Source of the DNA: an uncultured bacterium
Lineage (GTDB): Bacteria > Acidobacteriota > HRBIN11 > JAKEFK01
Direction: 5' to 3'
DNA length: 64,000 bases
NCBI GenBank assembly: GCA_963777505.1
Contig: CAVZQN010000004.1
Location: 1,472,001-1,536,000, forward strand
In this document: positions 19,781 through 29,685 of the stretch, one piece after another
Layout of the letters: every line of letters starts with the position of its first letter
How positions within the stretch are numbered: position 1 is the stretch's first letter
Made by a program: the position numbers and the translations under genes
The notes under the pieces: generated by a model
The model's input: only the letters and a program-made list of their open reading frames with translations
Database searches by the model: none
What the model was told of the DNA's origin: nothing

Positions 19781-21310
19781 ATGTCGCAACAAGATAATCC
19801 TTTGCGGGTAGGACTTCGCATTCAAAAAGCAGCAGATCCTTGCACGATCATCATTTTTGGCGCCACGGGTGACTTAACGCGGAGGAAGCTCATTCCTGCA
19901 CTTTACAGTCTTGCACGCCAGAATCTATTAGGCGCGGGCTGCGCAATCATCGGAGCCTCCCGGACACAAATGTCTCATGAGGATTTTCGCAAGAGCATGC
20001 GGGAAGCCATTCAGGAATTTTCTGATGAAAAGCCAGACGAAGCGGAATGGCAAACATTTGCTTCCATGTTGTTTTACAACCATACCGACACTAAAGATCC
20101 ATCGACGGTTCTAAAATTGAAAGAACTGCTGAACCAAACGGATAAAGAACACGGAACTTCCGGTAACAGGCTTTTTTACCTTGCTACTCCTCCGTCCTCT
20201 TATAGCGAAGTCGTACAAGCGCTTGGAAAAGCGGAGTTGAGCCGTCCAGGTGAAGGAGGAATATGGGTAAGGATTATTGTAGAAAAACCGTTTGGCCGCG
20301 ATGCGCAAAGCGCCCGAGAGCTCAATCGTCAGATCCATGAAGTCTTCAGCGAAGATCAAGTTTATAGAATCGATCATTATCTTGGAAAAGAAACCGTTCA
20401 AAACATCGCGGTTCTGCGTTTTGCAAATGGAATTTTCGAACCGTTATGGAATCGAAATTATGTTGATCATGTACAAATCACGGCTTCAGAAAGTATCGGG
20501 GTTGAAAATCGCGGCAGTTACTACGAACAAGCCGGCGCTCTGAGAGATATGATTCAAAATCACATGCTTCAACTTCTCACGTTAATTGCAATGGAACCTC
20601 CAGTCGCTATTGAAGCAGGTTCAGTGAGAGACGAAAAAGTAAAAGTGATTCGTGCGATGCGATCATTCAATGTAGCCGATCTTAAAGAGATTGCAGTTCG
20701 AGCCCAATATGGAAGTGGAATGGTAACTGGAAAGGAGGTTCCTGCATACAAGCAAGAAGAAGGCGTGAATCCAAATTCGAAAACAGAAACTTTTGCGGCA
20801 ATTGTTTTCCGTGTAGATAACTGGCGTTGGGCAGGCGTGCCTTTCTACGTGCGATCCGGCAAAAGATTACCCAAACGTGTTAGTGAAGTTGCAATTCAAT
20901 TCAAACGTGTCCCTCATCTTCTTTTCCCGGAGGGTTCTTCTGGATATCTTGATCCAAATTGGTTGATCATTCGCATTCAGCCGGATGAAGGAATTTCTAT
21001 AAAGTTTGGTGCAAAACTTCCAGGTCAGATGATTCAGATCAGGCCTGTAAGCATGGATTTTCAATATGGAACATCGTTTGGAAAGAAATCGCCAGAAGCG
21101 TACGAACGCCTGCTGCTTGATGCAATGATTGGGGATGCGACGTTGTATGCGCGTGCTGATATGGTTGAGTTATGTTGGGATCTTGTCATGCCTGTTCTAA
21201 ATTCTTGGGAAAAAGATGAGCCTGTTCCAAATTATCCGGCAGGGACGTGGGGTCCTGAAGAGGCTGAAGCGTTAATTGAAAAAGATGGAAGAAAATGGCG
21301 CCGTCCTTAA
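19781..21310 (+). CDS. zwf: Glucose-6-phosphate 1-dehydrogenase
   Basis: GATGDLT, EKPFG, RIDHYLGKE, RDMIQNH. Confidence 0.97.
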   Translation: MSQQDNPLRVGLRIQKAADPCTIIIFGATGDLTRRKLIPALYSLARQNLLGAGCAIIGASRTQMSHEDFRKSMREAIQEFSDEKPDEAEWQTFASMLFYNHTDTKDPSTVLKLKELLNQTDKEHGTSGNRLFYLATPPSSYSEVVQALGKAELSRPGEGGIWVRIIVEKPFGRDAQSARELNRQIHEVFSEDQVYRIDHYLGKETVQNIAVLRFANGIFEPLWNRNYVDHVQITASESIGVENRGSYYEQAGALRDMIQNHMLQLLTLIAMEPPVAIEAGSVRDEKVKVIRAMRSFNVADLKEIAVRAQYGSGMVTGKEVPAYKQEEGVNPNSKTETFAAIVFRVDNWRWAGVPFYVRSGKRLPKRVSEVAIQFKRVPHLLFPEGSSGYLDPNWLIIRIQPDEGISIKFGAKLPGQMIQIRPVSMDFQYGTSFGKKSPEAYERLLLDAMIGDATLYARADMVELCWDLVMPVLNSWEKDEPVPNYPAGTWGPEEAEALIEKDGRKWRRP

Positions 21311-21322
21311 TAGGGTGAAGTT

Positions 21323-22402
21323 ATGAATGAAGGATTTGTTGATGTTGCCGCAATTGAAAAAGAATTACAGAAACTCTGGGCAGATATGGGAGCCATGAAG
21401 GATGGTGAAAGAGAAGCAATCACTCGCGCATGCGTTCACAATTTAGTTGTCTATGCCCCTGGAGAGAACAGTGACGCCGAAGTCAATGCAATCATTGGTG
21501 AGGTAACGGTTCAGAATCCCGGACGCGTTGTTATTCTGTTGCCTGATCCTTCTAAAAAAGAGAAAAAAGCGAATGCCTTTGTTTCTGCGCAATGTTATCG
21601 TACTGCCGGAAAGCGTCAGCAAGTTTGTTGTGAACAAATTATAGTTCGTGCGGACGGAGAAGCCATTCTTGAGCTGCCTTCACTTCTTGCCCCTTTAGTA
21701 ATTCCTGATCTTCCCGTGTTTGTGTGGTGGCGAACACCGTTAGAGAAAGGAATCGTATTTGATGAATTGTTGGAATTTGCAGATCGCGCAATTATTGACA
21801 CTGCAATCGACGATCAAACTCAGAATATTCAAGACATCACACAAATACTTCTTCAGAACAAGCATCTTTGCGCGTTCAGCGATTTGAATTGGGCGCGATT
21901 AACGATCTGGCGCGAACTGATTGCGAAATTGTTTGACGCACCGGATGCGCGTCACCAATTGAATGAGATTATCCGGCTCGAGGTTTTGTCCGAACGTCCT
22001 TTTTCTCTTCAGCCTTTGTTTTTGGTCTCATGGCTTGGAAGCCGGCTGAGTTGGAAAATTGATTCAAAGATTAAAACAGAAAATGGAACGATCAGTTTCA
22101 AAGGGACGAACGGCAGCAAGAAAAACGTCGAAATTGTTATCTCAAAATCTGATAGTTCTACAGGCAACAAGAATTTAGAGAGTGTGCGCTTGCAGTCTGA
22201 AAGCAATTCCTTTTCCGTGTCTCGTAAAAAGGAATTGTTCCACCTTGAAGTTACTTCACATGCTGCAGAAAAGGTTACGTTTTCTCAAGATCAAAAATTG
22301 GCTTCGCTTAGTGAAGCCGATTTGCTTAGAAAAGAGCTTCAAATTCTGGGCCATGATTTCCCTTATGAACAAGCGATCCAATTTTTAGATACTCTTTTCT
22401 AG
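21323..22402 (+). CDS. opcA: G6PDH assembly protein OpcA
   Basis: Directly after zwf; CCEQI, PDLPVFVWW, DLNWARLT.WR motifs. Confidence 0.9.
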   Translation: MNEGFVDVAAIEKELQKLWADMGAMKDGEREAITRACVHNLVVYAPGENSDAEVNAIIGEVTVQNPGRVVILLPDPSKKEKKANAFVSAQCYRTAGKRQQVCCEQIIVRADGEAILELPSLLAPLVIPDLPVFVWWRTPLEKGIVFDELLEFADRAIIDTAIDDQTQNIQDITQILLQNKHLCAFSDLNWARLTIWRELIAKLFDAPDARHQLNEIIRLEVLSERPFSLQPLFLVSWLGSRLSWKIDSKIKTENGTISFKGTNGSKKNVEIVISKSDSSTGNKNLESVRLQSESNSFSVSRKKELFHLEVTSHAAEKVTFSQDQKLASLSEADLLRKELQILGHDFPYEQAIQFLDTLF

Positions 22403-22434
22403 AATTTTTCTTACCGCTGTGCCGCAAAGTTCAC

Positions 22435-22479
22435 TTGACTTTTATCCTGCTTTTAGGTAATTTCTGTAGTGACAGAAAT
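22435..22479 (+). promoter_or_regulatory. Sigma70-like promoter with overlapping palindromic operator
   Basis: TTGACT-N17-TAATTT (22435-22463) overlapped by the perfect inverted repeat ATTTCTGT-AGTG-ACAGAAAT (22460-22479). Confidence 0.7.
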
Positions 22480-22495
22480 AAAAGGAATAAAGTAA

Positions 22496-23029
22496 ATGAA
22501 ACGAACTCCACTTGTAGAAAAGTTCATTTTGCATTGGGGTGAGATGGGCGCCCGATGGGGAATCAATCGTACAGTCGCCCAAATTCATGCGCTTCTGTAC
22601 ATCTCACCGAAACCATTGAATGCCGAAGAGATCGCTGAAACTCTCGGAGTAGCTCGTTCAAATGTCAGCAACAGTCTGAAGGAATTGCAAGGCTGGGGGA
22701 TCGTTAAAATTGTTCACATAATGGGTGATCGACGCGATCACTTTGAAACGATGAAAGATGTATGGGAAATGCTGAGAACTGTAATTGAAGAAAGAAAGAA
22801 ACGTGAAATCGATCCAACCGCAGCGTTCCTTCATGAATGTGTATCTGAAGCGTCAAAGAGTGGCGCATCAGACAGTTACACAAAGGAAAGACTGACGGAA
22901 TTAAGCGAGTTTTTCGATTCTTTGATTGAAGCTTACGAACAGGTCAGCAAAGTCCAAACTCCTGCTTTGATACGAATACTTCGGATGGGCGATCGAGTGC
23001 GCAAGGTGCTAGAGACACCGTTACGCTGA
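22496..23029 (+). CDS. GbsR/MarR-family transcriptional regulator
   Basis: WGEMG.RWGINRTVAQIHALL and HTH ARSNVSNSLKELQGWG. Confidence 0.88.
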   Translation: MKRTPLVEKFILHWGEMGARWGINRTVAQIHALLYISPKPLNAEEIAETLGVARSNVSNSLKELQGWGIVKIVHIMGDRRDHFETMKDVWEMLRTVIEERKKREIDPTAAFLHECVSEASKSGASDSYTKERLTELSEFFDSLIEAYEQVSKVQTPALIRILRMGDRVRKVLETPLR

Positions 23030-23102
23030 TCAGAGTTTGCAGAAATTTTTACAGAATTTCAGGCCAGGCCTAGCGTGTCGGGGCGCAGGTGAGGCCTTTA
23101 GT

Positions 23103-23126
23103 GGCGTCCGCCTTCGGGCGGACGCC
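23103..23126. repeat. Perfect GC-rich hairpin with C(UUCG)G loop (REP-like or RNA-stabilising element)
   Basis: GGCGTCCGCC-TTCG-GGCGGACGCC; no strong U-tract follows. Confidence 0.6.
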
Positions 23127-23159
23127 TCTTAAATCGTACTTTGAAAAGGATAACATAAA

Positions 23160-23879
23160 ATGCATCTGGAGCTTGCGGGAAAATGGAAACCGGCATTTTC
23201 AATTTGGTATAGTTGCCGGCCGGAAATTCTCAATCCCTTTCTTCCATCAGGCTTCAAAGTCCACAGTCGTAAATCGCGAGCGTTCTGCAACATCCTTATC
23301 AGCCAAATGGAATCTGCACGGCCGGTGGGTCTTCCTGTTTGGTGTGGAATTCAAGGCTGGCAAATTAATTACTGCATTTATGTGACATCCACAGCGGAAG
23401 CTTCCGGCGAAATAGCAGGGCTTTATGTGTTACGAAGCCTGATTGATCAAAAACATTTTTCAAAACTAATCAGTATGATGCCTTATTTTCATTATCAACC
23501 TGCAACAATTCGGGTTAGCGAAAATCAATCTAAGTTCAACATTCAGATTGATCATTGCAAGATATCATTCATATTAGATGCAAGTCCTCTGGATCCATCT
23601 GGCGCGTCATCGCTGAATGAAGCAATGAATTTTTTTCAACATCGAAACACGTTTGTTCTAACATCTGGTGATTTTTTGGAGTTCGCTGATTTGCATTTCG
23701 CCGGGAATGAAGAACGGATCACAGGACCAATTGATACTTTGGAATTTCATCCCGACCTGGATCAAAGTGAACTGACCTTTGAATTCGCAACATGGATAGA
23801 ATGTGCGGATTTTCACTTAATACTTGGGAGACGCGAACGCCCTGTATTTCTTGCAGAGTACGCCGAAATTGAACAGTAA
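23160..23879 (+). CDS. Divergent DUF2071/YqjF-like protein
   Basis: PEIL.PFLP.G, RPVGLP...G, INY..YV, GLYVLRS resemble DUF2071; this family often neighbours GbsR-type regulators. Confidence 0.55.
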   Translation: MHLELAGKWKPAFSIWYSCRPEILNPFLPSGFKVHSRKSRAFCNILISQMESARPVGLPVWCGIQGWQINYCIYVTSTAEASGEIAGLYVLRSLIDQKHFSKLISMMPYFHYQPATIRVSENQSKFNIQIDHCKISFILDASPLDPSGASSLNEAMNFFQHRNTFVLTSGDFLEFADLHFAGNEERITGPIDTLEFHPDLDQSELTFEFATWIECADFHLILGRRERPVFLAEYAEIEQ

Positions 23880-23974
23880 CTCCTGAATGAGTAGGTATTC
23901 TTTTACCGCAGAGTACGCTGAGGAGGAAAATGGGATATATTTGAGTCAAGAGGGAGGGAAGTGTTAAAAAGTAC

Positions 23975-25861
23975 GTGATGGGAAAGGTACGACGGGGGAG
24001 TTCTCGGTCAACGAATCTACGATCGAGTCCAGTTTTCGCAGAAATTCTGGATGGAACTAGAAAGAGTTATGGGCATCTGGCCACAATCATTCATGATCTA
24101 CCAGATTGTATATTTGTTGTTGATACGAATAAAAATTTGCTATGGTGGAACAAGAAAGTTGAGATTCTAAGCAAACTTTCTCCCACTGAACTAAAATCAA
24201 AACAAATCCTGGATTTCTTTTCTGAAAAAGATCATCCCGTAATTCTTCAAGCCTTCGAACATACCTTGCTGGAAGGCGAATCTGAAATTGAAGTCGATGT
24301 CGCTGCAGAGGATGGCCCTATTCCGTTCATGTTTCGCGCGATCGCATTAAAAGACCCCAGCGACAAAGTTGTTGGAATTGCGGGAGTAGGCCGCGATATT
24401 ACTGCGAAGGTTCGTGCTGCAGCATCGCTTCGTGTATCAGAGAACCGCTTTCGCGAAATGCTCGAAAATGTTCACCTGCTTTCTGTGATTCTTGATGTAA
24501 ATGGTTCGATCCGATTCTGTAATGAGTATCTTTTGAAATTAACCGGATACGCCCGCGACGAAGTCCTGGGCAAGAATTGGTTTGATTTGTTTATTCCTGA
24601 AAAGGGCCGGACTCAATTTCGTGAAAAATTCGCAAATGATTTACGCGAAAAGATTCTTGCTTCCCATCACGAGTGCGAAATCGTATCGCGTTCAGGAAAC
24701 CTCAGGCTTATTTCGTGGAGCAGTACAACTTTACGGGAAACGGATGGAACCATTTCGGGCGAAGCTTGTATCGGCGTTGACATTACGGATCAACTGAACT
24801 CAATGCGTGAATTGATGAACAGTGAAGAGCGATATCGCGCGGTCGTCCAACAGGCTTCCGAAGGAATCATGCTAATCGATGCTGATACGCGTCAGATCTT
24901 AGATGGCAATCCTGCGATTTGTAAATTTCTCGGCTATGAAGCTTCAGAACTCAGAAAAAAGAATTTGTACGATCTTGTCGTGCTTGACCCTGCAATTATC
25001 GATGGCAATATTGCCCGAATTCTGAACGAAAATTTAGGTTTTCTTGGAAGGAGACAATATCGTCACAAGGAAGGGCACATGATTGAAGTCGAAGTAAATG
25101 TAGCCCTTGTTACCTATGGTGGTAAGAGAGTTTTTTGCGCAATGATTCGTGACATAACGGAACGATTGAAATCGGAAGAAGAATTGCGTAAAGCTCGTGA
25201 GATGGAAACTCTCGGCAGTTTAGTTTCGGGTGTCGCTCACGAAGTACGAAGTCCATTATTTGTAATCAGCACTTCAGCGGAAACGCTTTTCAAGAAAGTC
25301 GGAAACATGCATGAAGTGCAGGCGATTCTGGATCAAGTTGAAAGACTAAGCAAATTGATGAAAGACTTACTGACATTGAAGCCGGTGACACTACCGGAAA
25401 AGTCTCCACAAGATTTTCATGAAATCATTCGAACTACAGTGAAACACCTTGACGCCTCGCACTCCGGATGTGGAGAACGCATACAGATTCTTACTCCATC
25501 GGAATTACCAAAACTTCTTGGAGATCGTGATCAAATAATTCAAGTCTTTTACAATCTTTTGCAAAATGCGTTGCAGCATTCCTCGCAGCTTGAAGAATCG
25601 ATTGAGGTTCGGGCAGAATCTTTCAATGGTGGAATTCTTGCGCATGTCCGTGATTGGGGGCCTGGGATTCCTGCGGATTTTCATCAAAGAGTTTTTGAAC
25701 CATTTGTAACAATGCGAAAAGGTGGAGTTGGTTTAGGTTTGCATATTGCCAAACGCATAGTAGAAAGCCACAACGGAACAATCCATGTCATTAACAACAA
25801 TCCAGGACCAGGATGCTGTTTTGAAGTCTTTTTACCCGGTTCAGGCGAAAAAACAGAATGA
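23975..25861 (+). CDS. Cytoplasmic sensor histidine kinase with three PAS/PAC domains
   Basis: Three PAS units ending RDIT/DIT; H-box AHEVRSPL, N-box NLLQNA, DWGPGI, GVGLGL. Confidence 0.92.
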   Translation: MMGKVRRGSSRSTNLRSSPVFAEILDGTRKSYGHLATIIHDLPDCIFVVDTNKNLLWWNKKVEILSKLSPTELKSKQILDFFSEKDHPVILQAFEHTLLEGESEIEVDVAAEDGPIPFMFRAIALKDPSDKVVGIAGVGRDITAKVRAAASLRVSENRFREMLENVHLLSVILDVNGSIRFCNEYLLKLTGYARDEVLGKNWFDLFIPEKGRTQFREKFANDLREKILASHHECEIVSRSGNLRLISWSSTTLRETDGTISGEACIGVDITDQLNSMRELMNSEERYRAVVQQASEGIMLIDADTRQILDGNPAICKFLGYEASELRKKNLYDLVVLDPAIIDGNIARILNENLGFLGRRQYRHKEGHMIEVEVNVALVTYGGKRVFCAMIRDITERLKSEEELRKAREMETLGSLVSGVAHEVRSPLFVISTSAETLFKKVGNMHEVQAILDQVERLSKLMKDLLTLKPVTLPEKSPQDFHEIIRTTVKHLDASHSGCGERIQILTPSELPKLLGDRDQIIQVFYNLLQNALQHSSQLEESIEVRAESFNGGILAHVRDWGPGIPADFHQRVFEPFVTMRKGGVGLGLHIAKRIVESHNGTIHVINNNPGPGCCFEVFLPGSGEKTE

Positions 25862-27165
25862 AGCATCTTCTTGTGGTCGATGATGATAAAGCGGTTTGCT
25901 CCGCTCTAAAGGGGCATCTCGAAAGCGAAGGATATCGAGCTTTTGAAGCCTATTCACTTGAAGCTGCGCGAGAAGTTCTTTCAGCCAGCCGAATTCATGC
26001 AGTTTTGTTAGATCAAAATTTACCTGACGGCAATGGTCTGGATTTTATTACCGAAATAAAAGAAGAGTGGCCGCAAGTCTCAATCATTGTAATTACGGGT
26101 TACGGCGATATACCGGTTGCGGTAGAGGCAATGCGCAGAGGTGCCGATTATTTTGCGACGAAACCCGTATACATGAAAGATTTGAAAGTCATTTTGGAAA
26201 AGTGTTTAGAAATTCGATCTTTGCAGAAGATTGCTGATCTTCGTTCCAGACGGACAAGAGATGAACTTTTTATCGGAGATTATTTTCGGACTCATTGCTT
26301 GCGAGAAGCTGAAATTGCTGCAAAATCAGAAAGCCCTGTTTTAATTCAAGGTGAAACAGGAACTGGAAAGAGTTTGCTCGCAACCTGGATTAACAGAGGC
26401 AGCGGAAGAGTGAATGGTCCTTTTGTTCATCTTAATTGCGCGGTTTTGAAGGGCGACTTGCTGGTCTCAGAATTATTTGGGCATGCCCGGGGAGCCTTCA
26501 CCGGTGCAATCCATCGTAAAGCTGGATTGCTCGAAATTGCTGATGGCGGCACGCTGTTTCTTGATGAAATCGGTGACCTGACACCGGAGGTTCAATCTCA
26601 GCTTTTGCACGTGCTGGAAACCAAAACATTCCGGCGTCTGGGTGAAACACGCGATCATTACAGTGATTTCCGTCTTATCTGTGCGACAAATCGAAATTTG
26701 AAGAAAGAGGTAACGGAAGGCATATTTCGTCAGGATCTTTTTTACAGGATCAGTGTCCTAAATGTTTCTCTGCCGCCGCTAAGAGAGTATTTGCCTGAAC
26801 TTCCCAGACTCTGCGATCACTTGCTCACATTGTTACAATGTCCGCATATTCAAGTTTCTGAAAAAGCGATTCAGGTGCTTTCTTCATATTCATGGCCAGG
26901 GAACGTTCGTGAGTTACGGAATGTATTGGAACGAGCGTCACTTCTTTGTGAAAACGAAGCGATTCAACCGTCACATTTACCATTCGGCAATAGAGTTTCG
27001 GCCGAAATTCCAGCAATCTCCATCGAAAAACAGATTAGTCAAATGGAAGTGGACCATATTCGTGATGTAATCGCTCGATGCGAAGGAAATATGACTCGTG
27101 CTGCAAAATTGCTCGGCATTTCCAGAGCAACTTTGTACCGCAGATTGACGCGCAAATACCCTTAA
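25858..27165 (+). CDS. NtrC-family sigma54-dependent response regulator
   Basis: REC domain (DQNLPD), GETGTGKS, intact [21 protein letters not shown]-terminal Fis HTH. Confidence 0.95.
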   Translation: MKHLLVVDDDKAVCSALKGHLESEGYRAFEAYSLEAAREVLSASRIHAVLLDQNLPDGNGLDFITEIKEEWPQVSIIVITGYGDIPVAVEAMRRGADYFATKPVYMKDLKVILEKCLEIRSLQKIADLRSRRTRDELFIGDYFRTHCLREAEIAAKSESPVLIQGETGTGKSLLATWINRGSGRVNGPFVHLNCAVLKGDLLVSELFGHARGAFTGAIHRKAGLLEIADGGTLFLDEIGDLTPEVQSQLLHVLETKTFRRLGETRDHYSDFRLICATNRNLKKEVTEGIFRQDLFYRISVLNVSLPPLREYLPELPRLCDHLLTLLQCPHIQVSEKAIQVLSSYSWPGNVRELRNVLERASLLCENEAIQPSHLPFGNRVSAEIPAISIEKQISQMEVDHIRDVIARCEGNMTRAAKLLGISRATLYRRLTRKYP

Positions 27166-27167
27166 TC

Positions 27168-27205
27168 TGGTCAGTTGATGCAACAGCTGTATCACAGATG
27201 AAACA
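27168..27205 (+). promoter_or_regulatory. Tandem enhancer (UAS) sites for a sigma54 activator
   Basis: TGTATCA-CAGA-TGAAACA (27188-27205) plus weaker TGGTCAGTTGATGCAACA (27168-27185), about 87 and 107 bp upstream of the predicted start site. Confidence 0.6.
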
Positions 27206-27257
27206 CTAAGAAGTCGAATACTAAATTAGAATCGTCGAGCGTTCATTTTTTGGGTTA

Positions 27258-27273
27258 TGGTATAAGAGTTGCT
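27258..27273 (+). promoter_or_regulatory. Sigma54 (-24/-12) promoter
   Basis: TGGTATAAGAGTTGCT: GG-N10-GC spacing, matching TGGCAC-N5-TTGCW. Confidence 0.72.
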
Positions 27274-27283
27274 GAGAAGTAGT

Positions 27284-27380
27284 TCAGGTATGCGTTCAAC
27301 CGCAGAACCGGAGAGGGAAGTTCGGTTTAGTAGGGTTTAAGGGCCATGGCACGGACGGCCACTTAGACCTATCTTTTCTT
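27284..27380 (+). ncRNA. Candidate sigma54-dependent small RNA or structured leader
   Basis: Two hairpins (27298-27327, 27331-27371) with GGA-containing loops, followed by TCTTTTCTT. Confidence 0.4.
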
Positions 27381-27481
27381 GGAAGTGGCAGGCTTATTCG
27401 TCGCTTAAAATTCGCTACTACATCTAAAATTCTTCTGAAAATCTAACGGCTGCAAGTACTTCTTATTGGAGGAGTTACTCG

Positions 27482-27862
27482 GTGGCATATGCACGTGTGC
27501 TTTTGGTTGATGATGATTCTCAAATCCGTATTTCACTAAAAACTTTGCTATCTTCCGCAGGTTTGGAAGTAGATACCTGTGGAACTTTGGAAGATGCGTT
27601 TACATATTTAGATAGGAAACCTTATCGGGTTGTGATTTCAGATGTTCAGTTGACGGGCAATCGAATGAATGAAGGCTTGCAAGTTCTTCAATATGTAAAA
27701 AATCACACAGTGGATACAGCTTGTATCTTGATCAGTGGAGGTGCCGATACTGAATTGCGAATGCAATTGATAGAGTCCGGTGCAGCATTTTATTTTGATA
27801 AACCTGTTAAAGCTTCAACCTTGCTAGATGCGTTAAATACATTGGGGTGTGATTTAAAATGA
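27482..27862 (+). CDS. Single-domain response regulator (REC)
   Basis: VLLVDDD, ISDVQL, ISG, DKP; GGAGGAG RBS before the GTG start. Confidence 0.9.
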   Translation: MAYARVLLVDDDSQIRISLKTLLSSAGLEVDTCGTLEDAFTYLDRKPYRVVISDVQLTGNRMNEGLQVLQYVKNHTVDTACILISGGADTELRMQLIESGAAFYFDKPVKASTLLDALNTLGCDLK

Positions 27863-29403
27863 GTTCAGGTTCTTTTCGTTACGGATCACTCGAAGGAATT
27901 ATTGATCAGTATGGAATTATAGGAACTCCGCCTGAGCGTATTTTCGATGACTTAACTTCCACTGCAGCATGTCTTTGTCGAACTCCTATTGCTGTTCTTT
28001 CACTGGTGGATCATAGACGTGCCTGGTTCAAATCCAAAGTTGGATTGAATCTCGACCAGGTACCACTTGAACATTCATTTTTCAGTCAGCCTTTTCAATT
28101 GGGGAATGTATTTATTGTTCCCGACACGTTGGCCGATCCGCGGTTTCATCAAAATCCAATGGTTATTGGACCATCCGAAATCCGCTTTTTCGCGGGATGC
28201 TCTTTAGTTCGGCCGGATGGAATCTCGATTGGGACATTGTGTGTTATGGATCGAATTCCAAGACAACTCACGCAGGATCAAGTAGAAGCTATTCGTTCCC
28301 TTGCGCGACATGCATCCAGGTTGTTGGAACTCCGGCGTTCTACTCTACAAGCTTCAAGAAGGGAAGAGCCATCATTAGCCGATAATAATATCTCTTCGAT
28401 TCTGTTTGATTTTGCGCCTGCATCTTTGATGGTCTGTAGTGCATCAACACTGAGTATTCTTGAAGCAAATATTTCTGCGCTCAATTTATATGGTTATGCG
28501 CGCGAAGAAATTTTAGGGATGCCGATTCGGGATCTCTTTTTATCGGACGAAGAGTTCCGTCTTCCTGAAGACAATCAATCCGCACTAGTTCTTCATCGAA
28601 CAAAAAATGGCGAAGTTCTGAAAGTTGAGATTTCTTCGCGGCGTCTTGTGCAATCAGGGCAAGTTGTTTACTTAATTTCCATTCAGGAACAGGATTTTGA
28701 ACAAAACGTACAGAAGACACACAAGATTGAACTCCCATTAGTGTGTCATGAATTGCGGCAGCCACTTACATCGATACACAGTTCGCTCGGTTATTTAGCA
28801 TCTGAAACTGTGACCGACTCAGTTCCTGATTCGCGAAGGATTCTTGAAATTGCATATCGAAATACTCAAAGGATGATGAGGCTTGTGAATGATCTGCAAG
28901 AGACGAGTGCTTTATCGCTTGGTATTACTAGAATGGTGAGCGAAGATCTGAATTTGAATGATGTAATTCGAGAAGCGATTGAATCCAGCCAGTCAAAAGC
29001 ATTTGAATCTGAATCAAGAGTTGTATTTGATGGTGCCCTGCCGGGTGCAATGGTACGCGCAGATCGTGATCGTTTGATTCAGGTGTTTAGCAATCTTTTT
29101 AGCAATGCTTTGCGGTTTAGTCCGCCTGGTAAACCGGTTGTTGTCTCAGTCTTGCAGCACGAAAACAATTATGAAGTGCGAGTAAAAGATCAGGGTCCAG
29201 GAATTGTCGAAGAAATCAGGCTCCAGCTATTTGAAGGAATGGTACGGGGAGATCGTCGCAGGACGAAGCAAAATTCAGGACTCGGGTTATACATCTGCAA
29301 ATTGATCCTTGATGCCATGGGCGGAACAATTCATTTTGAGACTAACGAAAACACAGGAACTTCATTTTACGTGACAATTCCCTCCCTCGAAACCTGCTCG
29401 TAA
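27859..29403 (+). CDS. GAF-PAS sensor histidine kinase
   Basis: GAF (WFKSKVGL, DPRF..NP.V, GTLCVMD), PAS, HELRQPL, NLFSNA, DQGPGI, GLGL. Confidence 0.9.
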   Translation: MSSGSFRYGSLEGIIDQYGIIGTPPERIFDDLTSTAACLCRTPIAVLSLVDHRRAWFKSKVGLNLDQVPLEHSFFSQPFQLGNVFIVPDTLADPRFHQNPMVIGPSEIRFFAGCSLVRPDGISIGTLCVMDRIPRQLTQDQVEAIRSLARHASRLLELRRSTLQASRREEPSLADNNISSILFDFAPASLMVCSASTLSILEANISALNLYGYAREEILGMPIRDLFLSDEEFRLPEDNQSALVLHRTKNGEVLKVEISSRRLVQSGQVVYLISIQEQDFEQNVQKTHKIELPLVCHELRQPLTSIHSSLGYLASETVTDSVPDSRRILEIAYRNTQRMMRLVNDLQETSALSLGITRMVSEDLNLNDVIREAIESSQSKAFESESRVVFDGALPGAMVRADRDRLIQVFSNLFSNALRFSPPGKPVVVSVLQHENNYEVRVKDQGPGIVEEIRLQLFEGMVRGDRRRTKQNSGLGLYICKLILDAMGGTIHFETNENTGTSFYVTIPSLETCS

Positions 29404-29472
29404 TTCGTTCCATCTATCCAACGAAACAAAACCCAGACAAAGCCGATAACTCTGTTGAAAGGAGTTAAGAAT

Positions 29473-29685
29473 ATGGGACCAAGATATGGAAAAACTGAAT
29501 GTATAAAATTGAATCAAAATCATGAAATTCGCGATTTGATTACTGGAGTTGCCGTTGAAATTTCCAATCCAGAGTCCTATGAGCTCGATACAGTTCTTTT
29601 GAACTCTGCGTATTACAAATTTCGCGACAAAGAATATCGATTCTTGTTGAGTGAGGCTCGCGAATCCGGTCTTAAAATCGCTTAA
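29473..29685 (+). CDS. Small hypothetical protein (70 aa)
   Basis: AAGGAG RBS upstream of ATG 29473; stop overlaps the stop of the convergent glucosidase. Confidence 0.5.
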   Translation: MGPRYGKTECIKLNQNHEIRDLITGVAVEISNPESYELDTVLLNSAYYKFRDKEYRFLLSEARESGLKIA

